Positions 40,388 through 52,496 of a stretch of 64,000 nt of DNA are shown one piece after another. The DNA is from Botryllus schlosseri (lineage: Eukaryota), in contig CM119371.1 in the NCBI GenBank assembly GCA_051294905.1, positions 31,064,001 to 31,128,000 of the forward strand. The letters run 5' to 3'. Position numbers and translations under genes: made by a program. The notes beneath the pieces were generated by a model. It worked only from the letters and a program-made list of their open reading frames with translations. It was not told where the DNA came from and made no database searches. Within the stretch, counting starts at the first letter, position 1; every line of letters begins with the position of its first letter.

Positions 40388-40960
40388 GAGAGTCAGATTT
40401 ATCCTCTAATTTGCGCTCGCTATATGTAGAAGTAACAGGACTTTACGTACCGGCCGTGGTTAACCCCAATTTGGCCCGCCAGAGTCGGGGGGCGGGGGGA
40501 TTCGGATTTCGAAATATCTCACTCATCTTTACACCTCACCGAAGGTAGACTAGATTGTATCACGTATGATCTGTCACAATTCATCCCCCATTATTACACC
40601 CCCGAAACCGAGCAAAATAAGGCCAGTCAGCTGATCGCCGGTGAAGCGAGCTATCGCCGGACTGGATGCAGCCAAATGGTCTTGAGAGTCGGATTTATGC
40701 TATATTTTGCCCTCACAACATGTGGAAATAACAGGACTTTACGTGCTAGCCGGATTTTTTGGACTTTGATTTGGCAACCCGAGTCGGGGTGGAGTCAGAT
40801 TTTGAAATCTTTCATTCATCTTTACACCTCACCGAAAGTAGGCTAGATTGCATCACGTATGATCTGACACAATTCATCCCCCATTATTGCACCACCGCAA
40901 CCGAGCGCGTTTCATCAAAATAAAGTAAGTCCATTAATCCCCGATGAAGCGAGCTATTCC
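40388..40960. repeat. ~297-bp tandem duplication inside the right arm
   Basis: gagagtc.gatttat, aacaggactttacgt and catctttacacctcaccgaa...cacaattcatcccccattatt recur in units starting at ~40388 and ~40685. Confidence 0.85.
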
Positions 40961-42819
40961 GATTCGTCACTATACAACTGAATCTGACATCGTAATCGCA
41001 GTTACCGAGTTCGAACGGAAAATGGAGGCTCGAAGGCGTGACACAGCAATTCTCTGACGGTAACACTCCGCCGAATTAATATATCCGTAGTATGATGCTG
41101 CAAATATGCTTGTAGGTGTTGGCATAACACGTGTTGAGGATATTTTACGGCACACGTGAGCACAACTGATTGTCTGCAGCGAAATTAGTCGAATTCGAAC
41201 GACAGTGCGTGGCTGCCGAAGCAATATATCCTTAGTATGATATTGTAAATATGCGTGGAGGTGTTGGTATAACAAGTGTTGAGGATATGTTACGGTACAC
41301 GGGAACACAACTGATTGTCTATAGCGAAATTAGTCGCTCTCCAACGACAAGTGCGTGGTGAGCTCGCGATCGATATATATCGTACAGACGGGTAAAGCAT
41401 TAGTTCGCCAACTGATCGATTCAAGTTGTACATCATGTACAGCATAGAGAAATAGTATACCGCGGTAAATTGTATATCATTTACAGACACCGGCATGGTT
41501 ACGCTTGACCAGACATGAAGCAGTAAAAGAACCCATCATAAATACGTTGTTTGGTTGGGACTGTCTGTCCTAAGACGCTAGAAAGCGGCAAAGGTGTGGA
41601 ACAGCAGTTGTTGCTTGCACCAATTACTAGGTACGTAATATCGGAAATTAACACATTGATGTAAGCCACATTGAGAATCAGCTATTTCTTTAAATTACTT
41701 ATTATATTCACAATGTTACTTTAATTAGGTTAATCTGTGTCGGGGGCGCCTAATACACATTTCTAATACACGTCATTCTTTCTGGTTCTCGATATGACTC
41801 GAAATAACACACATATTTATAACAATTAGCAGATCATTTCTCCTTACTATTTAAGGCAGCAAAAAAGCAAAAGGTGGACAAGTATGAGACAGGTCACAAG
41901 CTTCACTATACACAGCCAAACGTATTGACTCATAAAACACGCACCAGGATCTCATGGATCAGAAGAAAACTATACTGATGTCACGACCGACAATTATTCC
42001 TATGAGCAACCGTACACGAAATTGAATCAACCGCGGAATGACAAGTCAACCAGGGTGGTTTGACGGGCTATTGTCCCCAAGCCTCATCACGAAATTGGAC
42101 CACGGAACAACAGGCCAGGCCATGCAACTATTATCACCGTCGTGTACGACCGATGTCAGCTGTGGATCGTGGAAAAATACAGTAAAATTACAGTGTAATA
42201 TAATAAATCCCAAGTTTCGTGTCTGGCCAGAGTACAAAGTTCAATCGGGATTCTTTGTTCTTTTTATCTCTAGCGTTAATTATTTTCTCTCTAGCGGTAA
42301 TTATTCCCCCTTTTTGATTGCCGCACACATGGTCATAAAAGTATTGCTGCAAAATTGAGAATGAGGTAAATCTTTAATTACTTATTATATTGATAATCTT
42401 TGTTTGTTTATTATAAATCGCGAATGAGGGGATTCCGCACATTACTCATACTACTCGTATCCTCTCGGCTAACGCGATATGTCTATAATGACCCTACCCA
42501 TTGGTAGAATCTAGGAAAATATATTCAGTTACCGCGCTTTAGGGGCTGTGCCACGCAGTTTTAATGAGCATATAACTCATGAGAATGGTGCCGTGTTTTC
42601 TGTATTACCAGTCGATATTCGCTGCGCGCAACCAATATTTAACCGACGTCCTGCAAATACTCGACAGTTCTTTATCCCATCGCAAAAAAAGACTTCGGCA
42701 CGCACTGCGATCCATCCACAGACGGAAATTCGTGGTATCTACACGCCGAGCCTGGATAGATATACACAATCTTGACAAGTAGCCTATACTCGACCAGCAC
42801 CATTTTACGGCGCTGCATG

Positions 42820-43239
42820 TAGGGTTGGATTTGAAACTACATGTGTTTTAAAACACTGTGTTTGAAACATGTTCTAGACAATGTTTTAAACAAGACATTT
42901 CTAAAAAAAATGTGTTTCTTTGAAGTTGTAAAATTATGCCATAATTGTGAAATACTTAAAAAAACATTTTGTGTGAGGCTACAGACAATTACCACTCGAT
43001 AAAGCCGACGTATACGATACGGGATGGCTGGAGCAGTCAAAATAATCGGTTCAACAGCTATAGTACGCCGGTATTTCGCCACAGGAGCTATATTTACCCT
43101 GTGTTTTCATTTGTCAATGTCGATCCAATATGACGTCACAACATAATATTCGTGACGTCGTGGCTTTACAAGAATACAATAAAAACATGTTTTAAACCAG
43201 GGCCTTGTTTTAAACATTTTTGTTCTAAATGCAACCCTG
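42820..43239. mobile_element. hAT-type MITE with TGTTTTAAAACA repeats
   Basis: TAGGGTTGGATTT / AAATGCAACCCTG; TSD GCTGCATG / GTTGCATG (7/8 match). Confidence 0.8.
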
Positions 43240-44929
43240 GTTGCATGGAGTGCAAGTAAGAAATTTATGGCGTTTTTCTACAACGAATAACACCACGAAC
43301 AACAAACGGTCATTTGCGAGCAGGACCTGACCATCGCTCACATGATTCGAGTCATACAATTAAAAATCACGAATAATAGTGTAGTCGATAGCTCTCATTA
43401 TCTTCATCGTGTCTTGAAGTCTCCCGGATGTAGCAAATATTTCTTTAATTCTACGTTTAGCCAAATAATGTTTACAGATGTGGAACTTCTGAAAAAAAAA
43501 TCTATGCTAAGAAGAGCTTCAATACAATTGATACAAATGTGTTAGCCGATGCATCTTACCCCATATCAAGATAACGTATGTCACTCATGCACCGTGGCAC
43601 AAGTAAACATTCAATCGAACTCACCATCACAGAGATCGTCCTCTTGTGCACGCAGTTAAGATGGCAATACGCAGAGCCTAGGAGTAAATGACTCCTTTCC
43701 TCTACGAAAAACAGTCGTATTAACACTGTAGTTGGTATCGGCAGTCCAATAAGGCTCTTCTGATCCATCCCTGTTGTTGAAAGCATTTCCTTGTTTTCAT
43801 CACCAAGCGCAGCGATAACGTTGTTCGATATTGGGAAACACGCAATTATGATTATTGAGGGCGCGTCGCGCGATTTTACTTCAAATAATCAAGATGATAG
43901 TCGTTTTGTCTTGTCCTTATATAAAAGGCCCAGAAAATATCCCGTAGAAGGATGAAGGAAAAATTAAATGAGTAACATCGGGAAAAGTGCATAAAAAGGT
44001 CAGACGAAAGATCAAGATAAAATATTGTGGAATAAACAATATTTCGTGTGCCAAGGTGAATGTTGGATTGCAATACCGCATCAGTTAATAGTTTCGTAAT
44101 TCCATTCATAGTGTCTTGTGTGTTGCGTTGATATTTGCGTCGATATTTGCCGTGAGCAACCCATCCAATGCCCGAAGTCATGCAAATAGACTATTGTGTG
44201 TAAATAAATGTTGCCGTCAACGTGAGCTACCGTAATGAGATCGTGAACTTCAAAACTACAAGAAAATGTAAATGCGGACCGCTGTTCAGTTGAATTCAAT
44301 AATAACACCCTGTTACAGGATGCAATGTCCATATCGATGGTGTAATTTACTTTTCGTAAACATATCATGTTAACAGTATTCGGAAGGAATATCCGTGCCG
44401 ATATTGCTATCCCGAATTATCACCACACATGATATCACTCACCTGCAATCAGTTAAACCATCGCAAAATCTTTCCATTGGAATACACCTTGTATCACCAT
44501 TGCATGCAAATTGGTTGGCTGAACACGTCAAGTCTGCATTGAAAGTATCGTATTGCTCACCATGACAAGTTCTCAAATCTCAAGAATATAAATGCAAGAT
44601 ATATTTTTAGTCTAACCTTCACTGCAGGAAATCAATGGAATTGATGCAGTTCCCATGAAGACAAAAAGCATATTCCATTTTGAAGTTGCCCTCATGAAGT
44701 TTTTTGCGCGAGCCATTTATGCTATATATAGGCCTATCTTGAATATATCAAGTTCGTAACGACATAAAGAAAGTTGTTGGTTGTCAAATTCTAAGTAGAT
44801 TGCTGCAGTCAACTTCACTCGACTATTGATTAAGAGTAATTTTTGTTGTATTCTGGATAATATAGAACTATCAATATTAAAACGCTGAAGAACTCAAACA
44901 CGTGTTTTAGGATAATACTCTATATCCTT

Positions 44930-45312
44930 GGGAAGCGAGTGGAGCAGTTGGTAAAACACTGCAGTCACGACACCAATGGTTGCTGGTTCGAGTCTCGGCT
45001 CTGCCATGTTTCTATGTGTCGGAGGTTGATCTGGGCTCCTCATCGCCGATGTCACTGCTTGAGCGGTGTCTTACGAAAAACCCAGACGGATAAAGTGACG
45101 TCGAGCTTTGAATAATCGACAGCAACAGATACTGAAGTGGACGCGCGGAAGAGAGACTGAAAGATGGTGAATGCGTGCGAGACTGAAGTCGTCCGTGAAG
45201 TGTACAAAAGTGAAAAAGATCAACGAACTTTACAACATTCATGTTCTGGGCACAAATGACCAAATAGGCGATAAGTGCCAAATACTGTTCAATAAACAAA
45301 CAAATAAACAAA
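44930..45312 (+). mobile_element. tRNA-derived SINE
   Basis: A box TGGAGCAGTTGG (~44940), B box GGTTCGAGTCT (~44985), body, then an (AAAC/AAAT)n tail at ~45291-45312. Confidence 0.7.
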
Positions 45313-46049
45313 CGCAACATCAAGAGTGACACACACCACATAGGTAGTCAGCGAATGCTTTTTACACCACTAATCAATGAAATTGACATCGTTGTCTGAT
45401 GTAACAAATCTAACAGGCGTGCGAGGCAATCTTGATTTCATATGTTTATTGTATCATTAAAACCATATCCGTGCAACGGGGTTGGCGACTTCTGCTGTAT
45501 AACTTGTTAATGGTGTAAAATCGGTAGCAAGCATAGAAACCCGTTTTATATGCTCTGTTCAATATACCCCGTAGCAGTAGGCCTACTCGTACGCCTAATG
45601 CATTGTCCTGTCTGTCCTAGACCGTTAAGGCGTAAGCTTATATTCCCTTGCAAGTCCTCGTCGAAATTGTTGGCCAGCGACGGAAGATATTGATTTATGG
45701 GATTATTATATCATTTGATTGCCCCAGTTGATACATTTGGTGACGTTTAAAATGCCCATTTGTACTTCAGCATTGTGGCATTATGTGGCCATTAATACAA
45801 GCCATCACTTCACTAAAATGTAGGGTTGGAATTAGCAATATGACGTCACATGACGTCATGAGGTTCACGTTTGCGTTCACACAGAACCTTTCAAAAAGGT
45901 TCGCCTTCTCACGAACCCGAACCTTTCAGAGGTTCACAACATCCCTACATATTTCTTTTCGAGTTATGTAGCGTGCGAAAGTGTAGCTTATGGCGGTTAT
46001 ATCTAACAGCAGGAAGTTTATCTGGGCTTTTCGTTTTTTGGCATTTCAA

Positions 46050-47486
46050 CATGTGACGGGGAGATAACTATGACTGGTCGGATCAGAGGCGTGGCGACAA
46101 GGGTTGAAGAGGCGGCAGAGTATTAAATCGTACGAGTGTGGTGCGGGCTGCACCCGCGTGACCTTGTAGGGCAGGCCGAATACCGCCACCTCTACAACAA
46201 TACCTTCGTCAACACGATGACGGGACTGATTGGCTACCTCAGAGGGCGACAGAACTTAATCCAGGAAATGAAAAGTACATGCCCCAAGTTTGTTGACACC
46301 CGTTGGTTGTCAATGAAAAAGGTGACCTCTTGGTTGACTGGACACCGTACAAAACTGCTCGAGGATATGGACGAGAAAAGTCCGGCCTGTGCACCTTCGC
46401 CACAGTGGCGGATCCAACTGATCGTACTCGATCGCCTGTCCACCGATCTGAGCACCACCGTCACGAAGCTTCAGCTACTTGGCCTTCTCATCGTGTAGCA
46501 GCATGATGAGCTCCAGCGCATGGTCCAACGCCTTCGAGTTCTGTGCCCCGCTGAGGAGTGGGACAATGACAGCCGCGGCAAGGAAGGTTTTCTGGTCAGA
46601 GGGTGTTGGGCTGTCAAGTTCACTCAGGCACGCAACTTCGTGGAGGATCAGGGTTGTGCATTCCTCGACCTTCTCGATAACATCAACGAAGAGGAGAAGC
46701 AGTCCATGTTCGAGGCAGCTTGGAGCCTCATTGCAGGGCTTATCGACGGCATAAAGAAAATTGAAGTTGCCGACAAAGAGAGGGTCCCACCCTGTCTACC
46801 ACACCAAGTGGTGAAACTTCGTGGATGCGAAGTGAGAGAACACAACAATTATGTCTTGCTCTTTTAGATTCTAATATTATAACCAACAGTGATATATATA
46901 CTTTATTTGCAGCCCAGAGAATTGATCTAAAACACCGGGATCGGCTGTCGAACAAGTGGACACCCGAGGAGATACAAAATATCGAAGACCAATTCCAATC
47001 CATGTCTCTCCGATAACAATACGGATGTCAATTTCAAGCGCATCATTGACGAGTGCTTGTCAGGAGCAAAGGCTTGGAAGATTGAGGAGTTTGGAGAGCT
47101 TGAAGCCATCCGACGGTTCAGTGGACCCCTGGGCTCGATGTTCCCACAACTGCGACGGTCGAGGCCGATTTCTCGAAAATCAAGTGCGAGAAGGGTCTCG
47201 ACCGAGCGTCGCTCACGGATATTTCTTTGGAGGGCCTTCTCCAGGCCAAAGACTTTGTGACCAATGTGTTGTGAAGTTAGATTGAGAGCACTGATGATGT
47301 TGATGTGTCGGAGGCCTTGAATTCATGATAATGACTTACTTTTTGTGAAGTTTTCTGGTAATAGTAGTAGGGCTAAAAACACCTGAATTTCTTATTTTTG
47401 AAAATTCTCCAAAAATAAAATTTGAAAAAATCCAAAACTATGCAATTTTTGTGATTCTTGGAGAAATCCAAAAATAAACAGGCCTG
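46050..47486 (+). pseudogene. 5'-truncated hAT-like transposase and element end
   Basis: DGEITMTGRIRGVATRVEE, VWCGLH (CxxH), DTRWLS, PPCLPHQVVKLRG, and C-terminal MFP/TTATVEADFSKIKCEK...SLTDISLEGLLQAK. Stops and frameshifts present; possible terminus ...AAACAGGCCTG at 47486. Confidence 0.8.
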
Positions 47487-47535
47487 ATTATAGATCAATA
47501 AATCAAGAAGTGTACGGCTTCTTGATCTTATACAT

Positions 47536-48373
47536 CAGTGGTTCTTAACCTGGGGGTAATTACCCCCAAAGGGGTAATTTGCCAATTTTCGGGGGGTAAT
47601 TCGAAGTGAAATTTCTTATAAACTTATGACGCCGCACTTATAACGTAAATATTAATGTAGGCTAACATCTCTTTTTACAAGCTTGTAGGATATATATTTT
47701 GTTTAACTTAACATGCCATGCCTATTCTGATATCATAGTAACCGGAACCAATAGTGATTATGAATAACAGGGTCGAATGTAGTTTAGTATAATGCTAGGT
47801 AAGTCCAATTTATTTTGCAGTAGTAAGGATCATATATTGTTACATATGCTGGCAAATTGAAAGACAACAAGGGCCGTCTAAGGTCAGCTTTACGCTTATA
47901 ATGCAGTAGCAATATCGTAAAAATATAGTTGTCAGTATTGAACAGTGCAGTGGTCTAGTCCAGTCAGAAAAAATTATGTCTGGCATCATCGAAATGCCTT
48001 ACAAGAAAATATGGGAATATGTTGGAACCTTTTGGTATCACCTTCAAAATGAATAACCATTTTTCGTCATAATAGCGTTGAACTTTCTGATTGAATTTCC
48101 TTCAATGGTATCCATCAAAACGAAATAAGTTTGTGATTGACAATTGTATGAGATGCTATCTATTATCCTCCCCTTTTCCTAGATGTGACCACTGGATAAC
48201 ACAAAAACAGCATCAGCCTTCCCATTGAATTGATATTCTTAACAGGCATTTCAGTGTACATTATGACGTCACTTTGAGTGCAAGCTGTAATTTGTTATTT
48301 TTTGAAAAGGGGTAATTGCATCCTGTCATTTTCTTCTTGGGGGTAACGGTATGAAAAAGGTTAAGAACCACTG
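47536..48373. mobile_element. Buster-type hAT MITE with GGGGTAA repeats
   Basis: CAGTGGTTCTTAACC / GGTTAAGAACCACTG; exact TSD TTATACAT. Confidence 0.94.
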
Positions 48374-48534
48374 TTATACATCATGGATTCAATCCCGATC
48401 AGTGTGAGATCAAAGACGTGAATAGTGAAGCTGATGGTATCCATGGCTTCACATCCTGGCTCTCAGCATTCCTGAATATCACGGATGAGGCGTGCATGAC
48501 TTATACATTATTTCTGCACCTGCAATTTCTAGCG

Positions 48535-48925
48535 CAGTGGTTCACAACGGGGGTTATATCGCCACCAGTGGGCGATTTCGAGAAAGAATGGGATCAAAAT
48601 TCAAAAAGTGGCGACAGGGGGGCGATAGGGGGCGAAAATGTTTGAACGTACAGTGACATATATCTAATTACGATGGTCAATAAGTACACGTGAAGACCGC
48701 TTATTCTGCACATGACGCGAAAAAAGATTAACTCAACAGAAAGTACACGCGTAATTTTCCGAGCACTTGGGAAAATGGCCTTTTTTAGTAACTGCAACAG
48801 CGATCAGAGGTAGGTGAATAAATTTCCCGCTTTTATGTCACCTTTTTCGGATCCGTAAATATGGAAGGGGGGTTGTGTCGAGATTGATAAGGAGGCAATG
48901 AGTCGAAAAATATCGGGAACCACTA
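48535..48925. mobile_element. GGCGA-family MITE, decayed
   Basis: CAGTGGTTCACAAC / TCGGGAACCACTA; TSD TTCTAGCG / GCCTAGCG. Confidence 0.7.
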
Positions 48926-49066
48926 GCCTAGCGGCATATCAACATTATGCACATCATGGCACTGCCAGGCAGCCACATGAGTCGGTGTATGCGAAAAGGG
49001 ACAACAATAAAAACTTCTTATTCATATTCATGTAAAGGAAAAAAGTATTAAGAAGTTTATCTTGAA

Positions 49067-49070
<4 letters not shown>

Positions 49071-49096
<26 letters not shown>
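49071..49096. repeat. (TA)n microsatellite
   Basis: Direct reading. Confidence 0.95.
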
Positions 49097-49097
<1 letters not shown>

Positions 49098-49592
49098 CAA
49101 ATGAGTGTGGCAGCGACATTTTCTTATACGTTCCAACTCAGTAAATCGTATGCCAAGGTTAATTAAAATCTGATGCCAATGCTTTTGCCTTTCCCATCTA
49201 AATATAGTTGAGAAGATGGGTATTCAACGACGTTACTTCTGAAGAAATAGCATCACATTGTCTTGGATATAAAATATGACATAGGTAGGCTCTTCCCTCC
49301 ACCAAACCAGTTATTAGGACGTGAAAGTATAGCTTTTGTAACTCCAACGACCCTTTTTAGTAACATTTGAGAACAATTGGTTCGGGTATGAAGTAGATGG
49401 AGTTGAGATAACAGCATATTACCAAACTCCAAACCCTGATTCCTGATAATACTTGGTTCCTCAACTTCAAGTCCGACTAGTGTCACAATATTATGCAACC
49501 TTCTACATTGAGTGAAAATTCAACAAAATTCCTACACCCACTCCACGACTACAACTTCGACTTAATAGCCCTGGTCTCTACGAATGTTTCAG

Positions 49593-50917
49593 CTAGTCCT
49601 GGAAGGCATCATTCCCGCCAACGCGAGCTGCAGCGACGAAGAATGCGGCTATGATGTCTACTTTGGGAGTTCCACGGAACACCCCACAGTCGCCATCCAT
49701 AGTTTGACGTTGGAGCTGATTTACGAACGATGCGAATCGTCAGGTGACAGCTTTCCGTTAGACTTGTACAAACTACCAGATTTTGAAAATGCGCAATAGG
49801 AGCTAGAAATGACGACCGTTTAAAGTCCGGAAACAACTAGGAAAAGCACAATATCTAGACTCAATTCTTATTCAACTCAGCAGATATTAGACATATTACA
49901 GTATTATAAATGAGAATGGAATTGGTGAAGATAGTACTAACATTTCAATATGGCGGGGCTTCGAATGTTAAATTAGAGGGTTCCGGCCCCTACATTTGAC
50001 CCTCTGGTTACGTCACTGTGATAACGACCGTGAGCTATATAGCTGCAAGAACACCACACAACAGCACACCGGCATCACGGTTTACGCCAACCACACGCGC
50101 ACATAATATTATTAATGCACAATCAAAACTACAACTATAGAACTTGAACACCTAAAAAACAGCAATTGACTGCCAACTATAACTAGAATGGTAGTTTGTT
50201 CAAGTCTGCGTTTCATGTTGCGGTCTAGAGCTCTTTCTGATTGTCGTCGCCTCTGCTTCAGACGGAAGTGACATCATGGAATGCTCGTTCGAAACGAATA
50301 TCAGCGAATCCACTGCGTGCGAGTGGACATCGAGCTATCCACCTGGCATGCCCGTTGAAGCCCAAATTTCGTATTTTCGAGACTGGCAGTCAGAGAACAG
50401 CGGTGAGTGATTGATTACGGATGGCGTCACAGGCAAGTGACGCTATTCTGGCGAATCACAGGGGTGGGTACGATGTACGGGGTAACTCAGCAGCATCTGA
50501 GAGGAAGGGGTCATATTATGACGTACAACTCGTCTGGAAAAGCCGGTCACGAGCCATACTTGAGAACGTCCCTGCTGGTTGCCACGAAGAATTGCACATG
50601 CCTTATGAACTTCACGCACTTAATGCGCGGCCCGAAGGTAAGTGAGCGGTGACTTTTCGTCCCCTAGCTCATCTTTGGTCATCTCAAGACCCCGTGCCTG
50701 CAAGTGAACGTGCTGTATGGCGCTGACATCTCGGACGATAGCCGCGAGAAGGAACCTCGTGGGTCTCTGTGTGGACATCAAGTCGAGTACTGGAGAACCG
50801 CCACGATCACCATCAATTTGCGACAGAACGCGACTTTTCAGATCGAGATTCGCGCCAGAAACGTGTCCGCTAGTGAGTCGTTCCTGCATGTCGACGATAT
50901 CGTTTTCGAGAGATGCG
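49593..50917 (+). CDS. Internal exons of a MAM-domain protein gene (exons 49593-49743, 50262-50402, 50462-50637, 50689-50917)
   Basis: GT-AG joins keep the frame. Spliced product has CSFE...CEW...GHIM...CTCLMNF..LMRG..LQV...GHQVEYWRTATI...FQIEI...VDDIVFERC (a full MAM domain), preceded by LVLEG...VAIHSL...C (end of a previous MAM-like domain); phase 1-1 module. Confidence 0.82.
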
Positions 50918-51970
50918 GTAAGCCATTGCAATTTTCAGGGCTGGGAAAAATCTGGTACTGATTTTTCGAGTCTGAATCGAGTGATAGGTTTCGTGTCGAG
51001 TAGCGTATCCAAATATCACTTGCTACGACGTCACAGCAGTATGAATGGTGTAAGAAGTTAAGAGATATACATTTTGTTTCAACAGGGCAGTATAAATCCT
51101 GCTCTGCCAATTTTCATGGCGCAGTAGTCTGACTAATGGATTATCTACAGACAATAATAATAGCATTTATATAAAATTGTATGTAGCGACACCGACCTAT
51201 GCGACCATTGTACAGTACCTGAAACAGTCGAGCATTTTTTGCTGCATTGCAATTGATATGATTTTCATCGGAACTCTTTAATCGACAGGGCGCGCGAGCT
51301 CAAAATCACTGCAACACTCGAAAATCTACTGATCATCCCCGAAATGTTATCCCATCTTGCAGAATTTGTTATATCTTGTGTTTTATTTGTTATATCTTAC
51401 TCGTAAATCGGTTATTGCCCATATTTTGGTAAATCGCTCATTCTAGTCCGTGACGCACCTGGCCTTACAGGCGAAAAGCGTCACTTATCTTTTAATCAAT
51501 AATATTAATAATAATAAAACAATCACTATAGTATCTATGTCCGTTCCGCCTTTAATTATTACACTAATCAGCCCAAAATTCACTTTGAATCTTTGATTTA
51601 ATTCCCGGCTTGAGGCAAGGCATGATACTGAAGAACTGGCTGAATGAACTGGCCAATTCTGACGCAACATAACATTTTTCTCAGGAGATTAAAATCCGAA
51701 AAAAGGAAGAATAACCTGTAGTCACTATAATTTGGCGTTTTAAGCAAGTAATGGGGGATTGCGGTAGGCTGTGGTCACGGGCAACATGGCCATTGGCCAC
51801 GTAAGATCGGAAACTGCCTGCGGGCCGCTCAACACCTATGCCGTATGTTGCCCGCCCGTTCTTTATATGGTAGTTGGAACAACATTACGGATGACACGAA
51901 CGACACCTTCCTACCTTTTCATTGTATCGCAGTCTTGTGATCTTTTGAAACGATGAAAATATTAATAAAC

Positions 51971-51971
51971 C

Positions 51972-52008
<37 letters not shown>
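51971..52008. repeat. (GATT)n microsatellite, possibly a retroelement tail
   Basis: About 9 GATT units directly after AATAAA. Confidence 0.9.
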
Positions 52009-52012
<4 letters not shown>

Positions 52013-52496
52013 AATTACGAATGCAAATACATGGTCAATCGCTAACACTTTTCATGCGTCCACAAATTAGATAATGCCAGTCCTACACAATATCCAATGT
52101 TATTCCCAATTCTCTACTATAGTAGCTGAGGATAACCCCCGTCGAGTGTCAGCCGGAAATATTCGGACTCATTTCAATATAAATAGACTATTCAACTGTG
52201 TATTGTAGTTCTGTTCCTCCAAGAGAAGCTATTCAAATAATCGAGAATATTGATTTGTTACGCCGCCTTCGTTTCTTTGCACTTTGGGACAATGCTGTTG
52301 GCCTATCAGGACTTCGCGAACATATCATTTTCACTACCTTACACATAGCAGTGTGCTATATGTTTCGTATGCTGCGATATGACCAATCTACGTTTACACT
52401 CTATACAAAGTGAAGAATAGTATCGAAACTATAATTCACGTTGTGGAAATAGGAGAATAAAATCTATTTACTTGAAAATATCATCTCCCTCTACAC

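Larger units (their letters stand above)
33086..42455. mobile_element. Non-autonomous Maverick/Polinton-like element in the form of a giant palindrome
   Basis: Termini AGTAGTATGAGTAATGTGCGGAATCCCC / GGGGATTCCGCACATTACTCATACTACT; exact 6-bp TSD CGTATC (33080-33085, 42456-42461). Arms are 33086-37045 and 37211-42455, spacer 37046-37210. Confidence 0.85.

Noticed and set aside
33086..42455. Assembly artefact or ordinary segmental inverted duplication
   Set aside because: The arms differ by many substitutions and arm-specific indels, and the structure is bounded by AGTAGT termini with an exact TSD.
44931..45006. Possible tRNA gene ending in CCA
   Set aside because: A and B boxes are present but I could not form good acceptor or anticodon stems, and it runs into a SINE body and tail.
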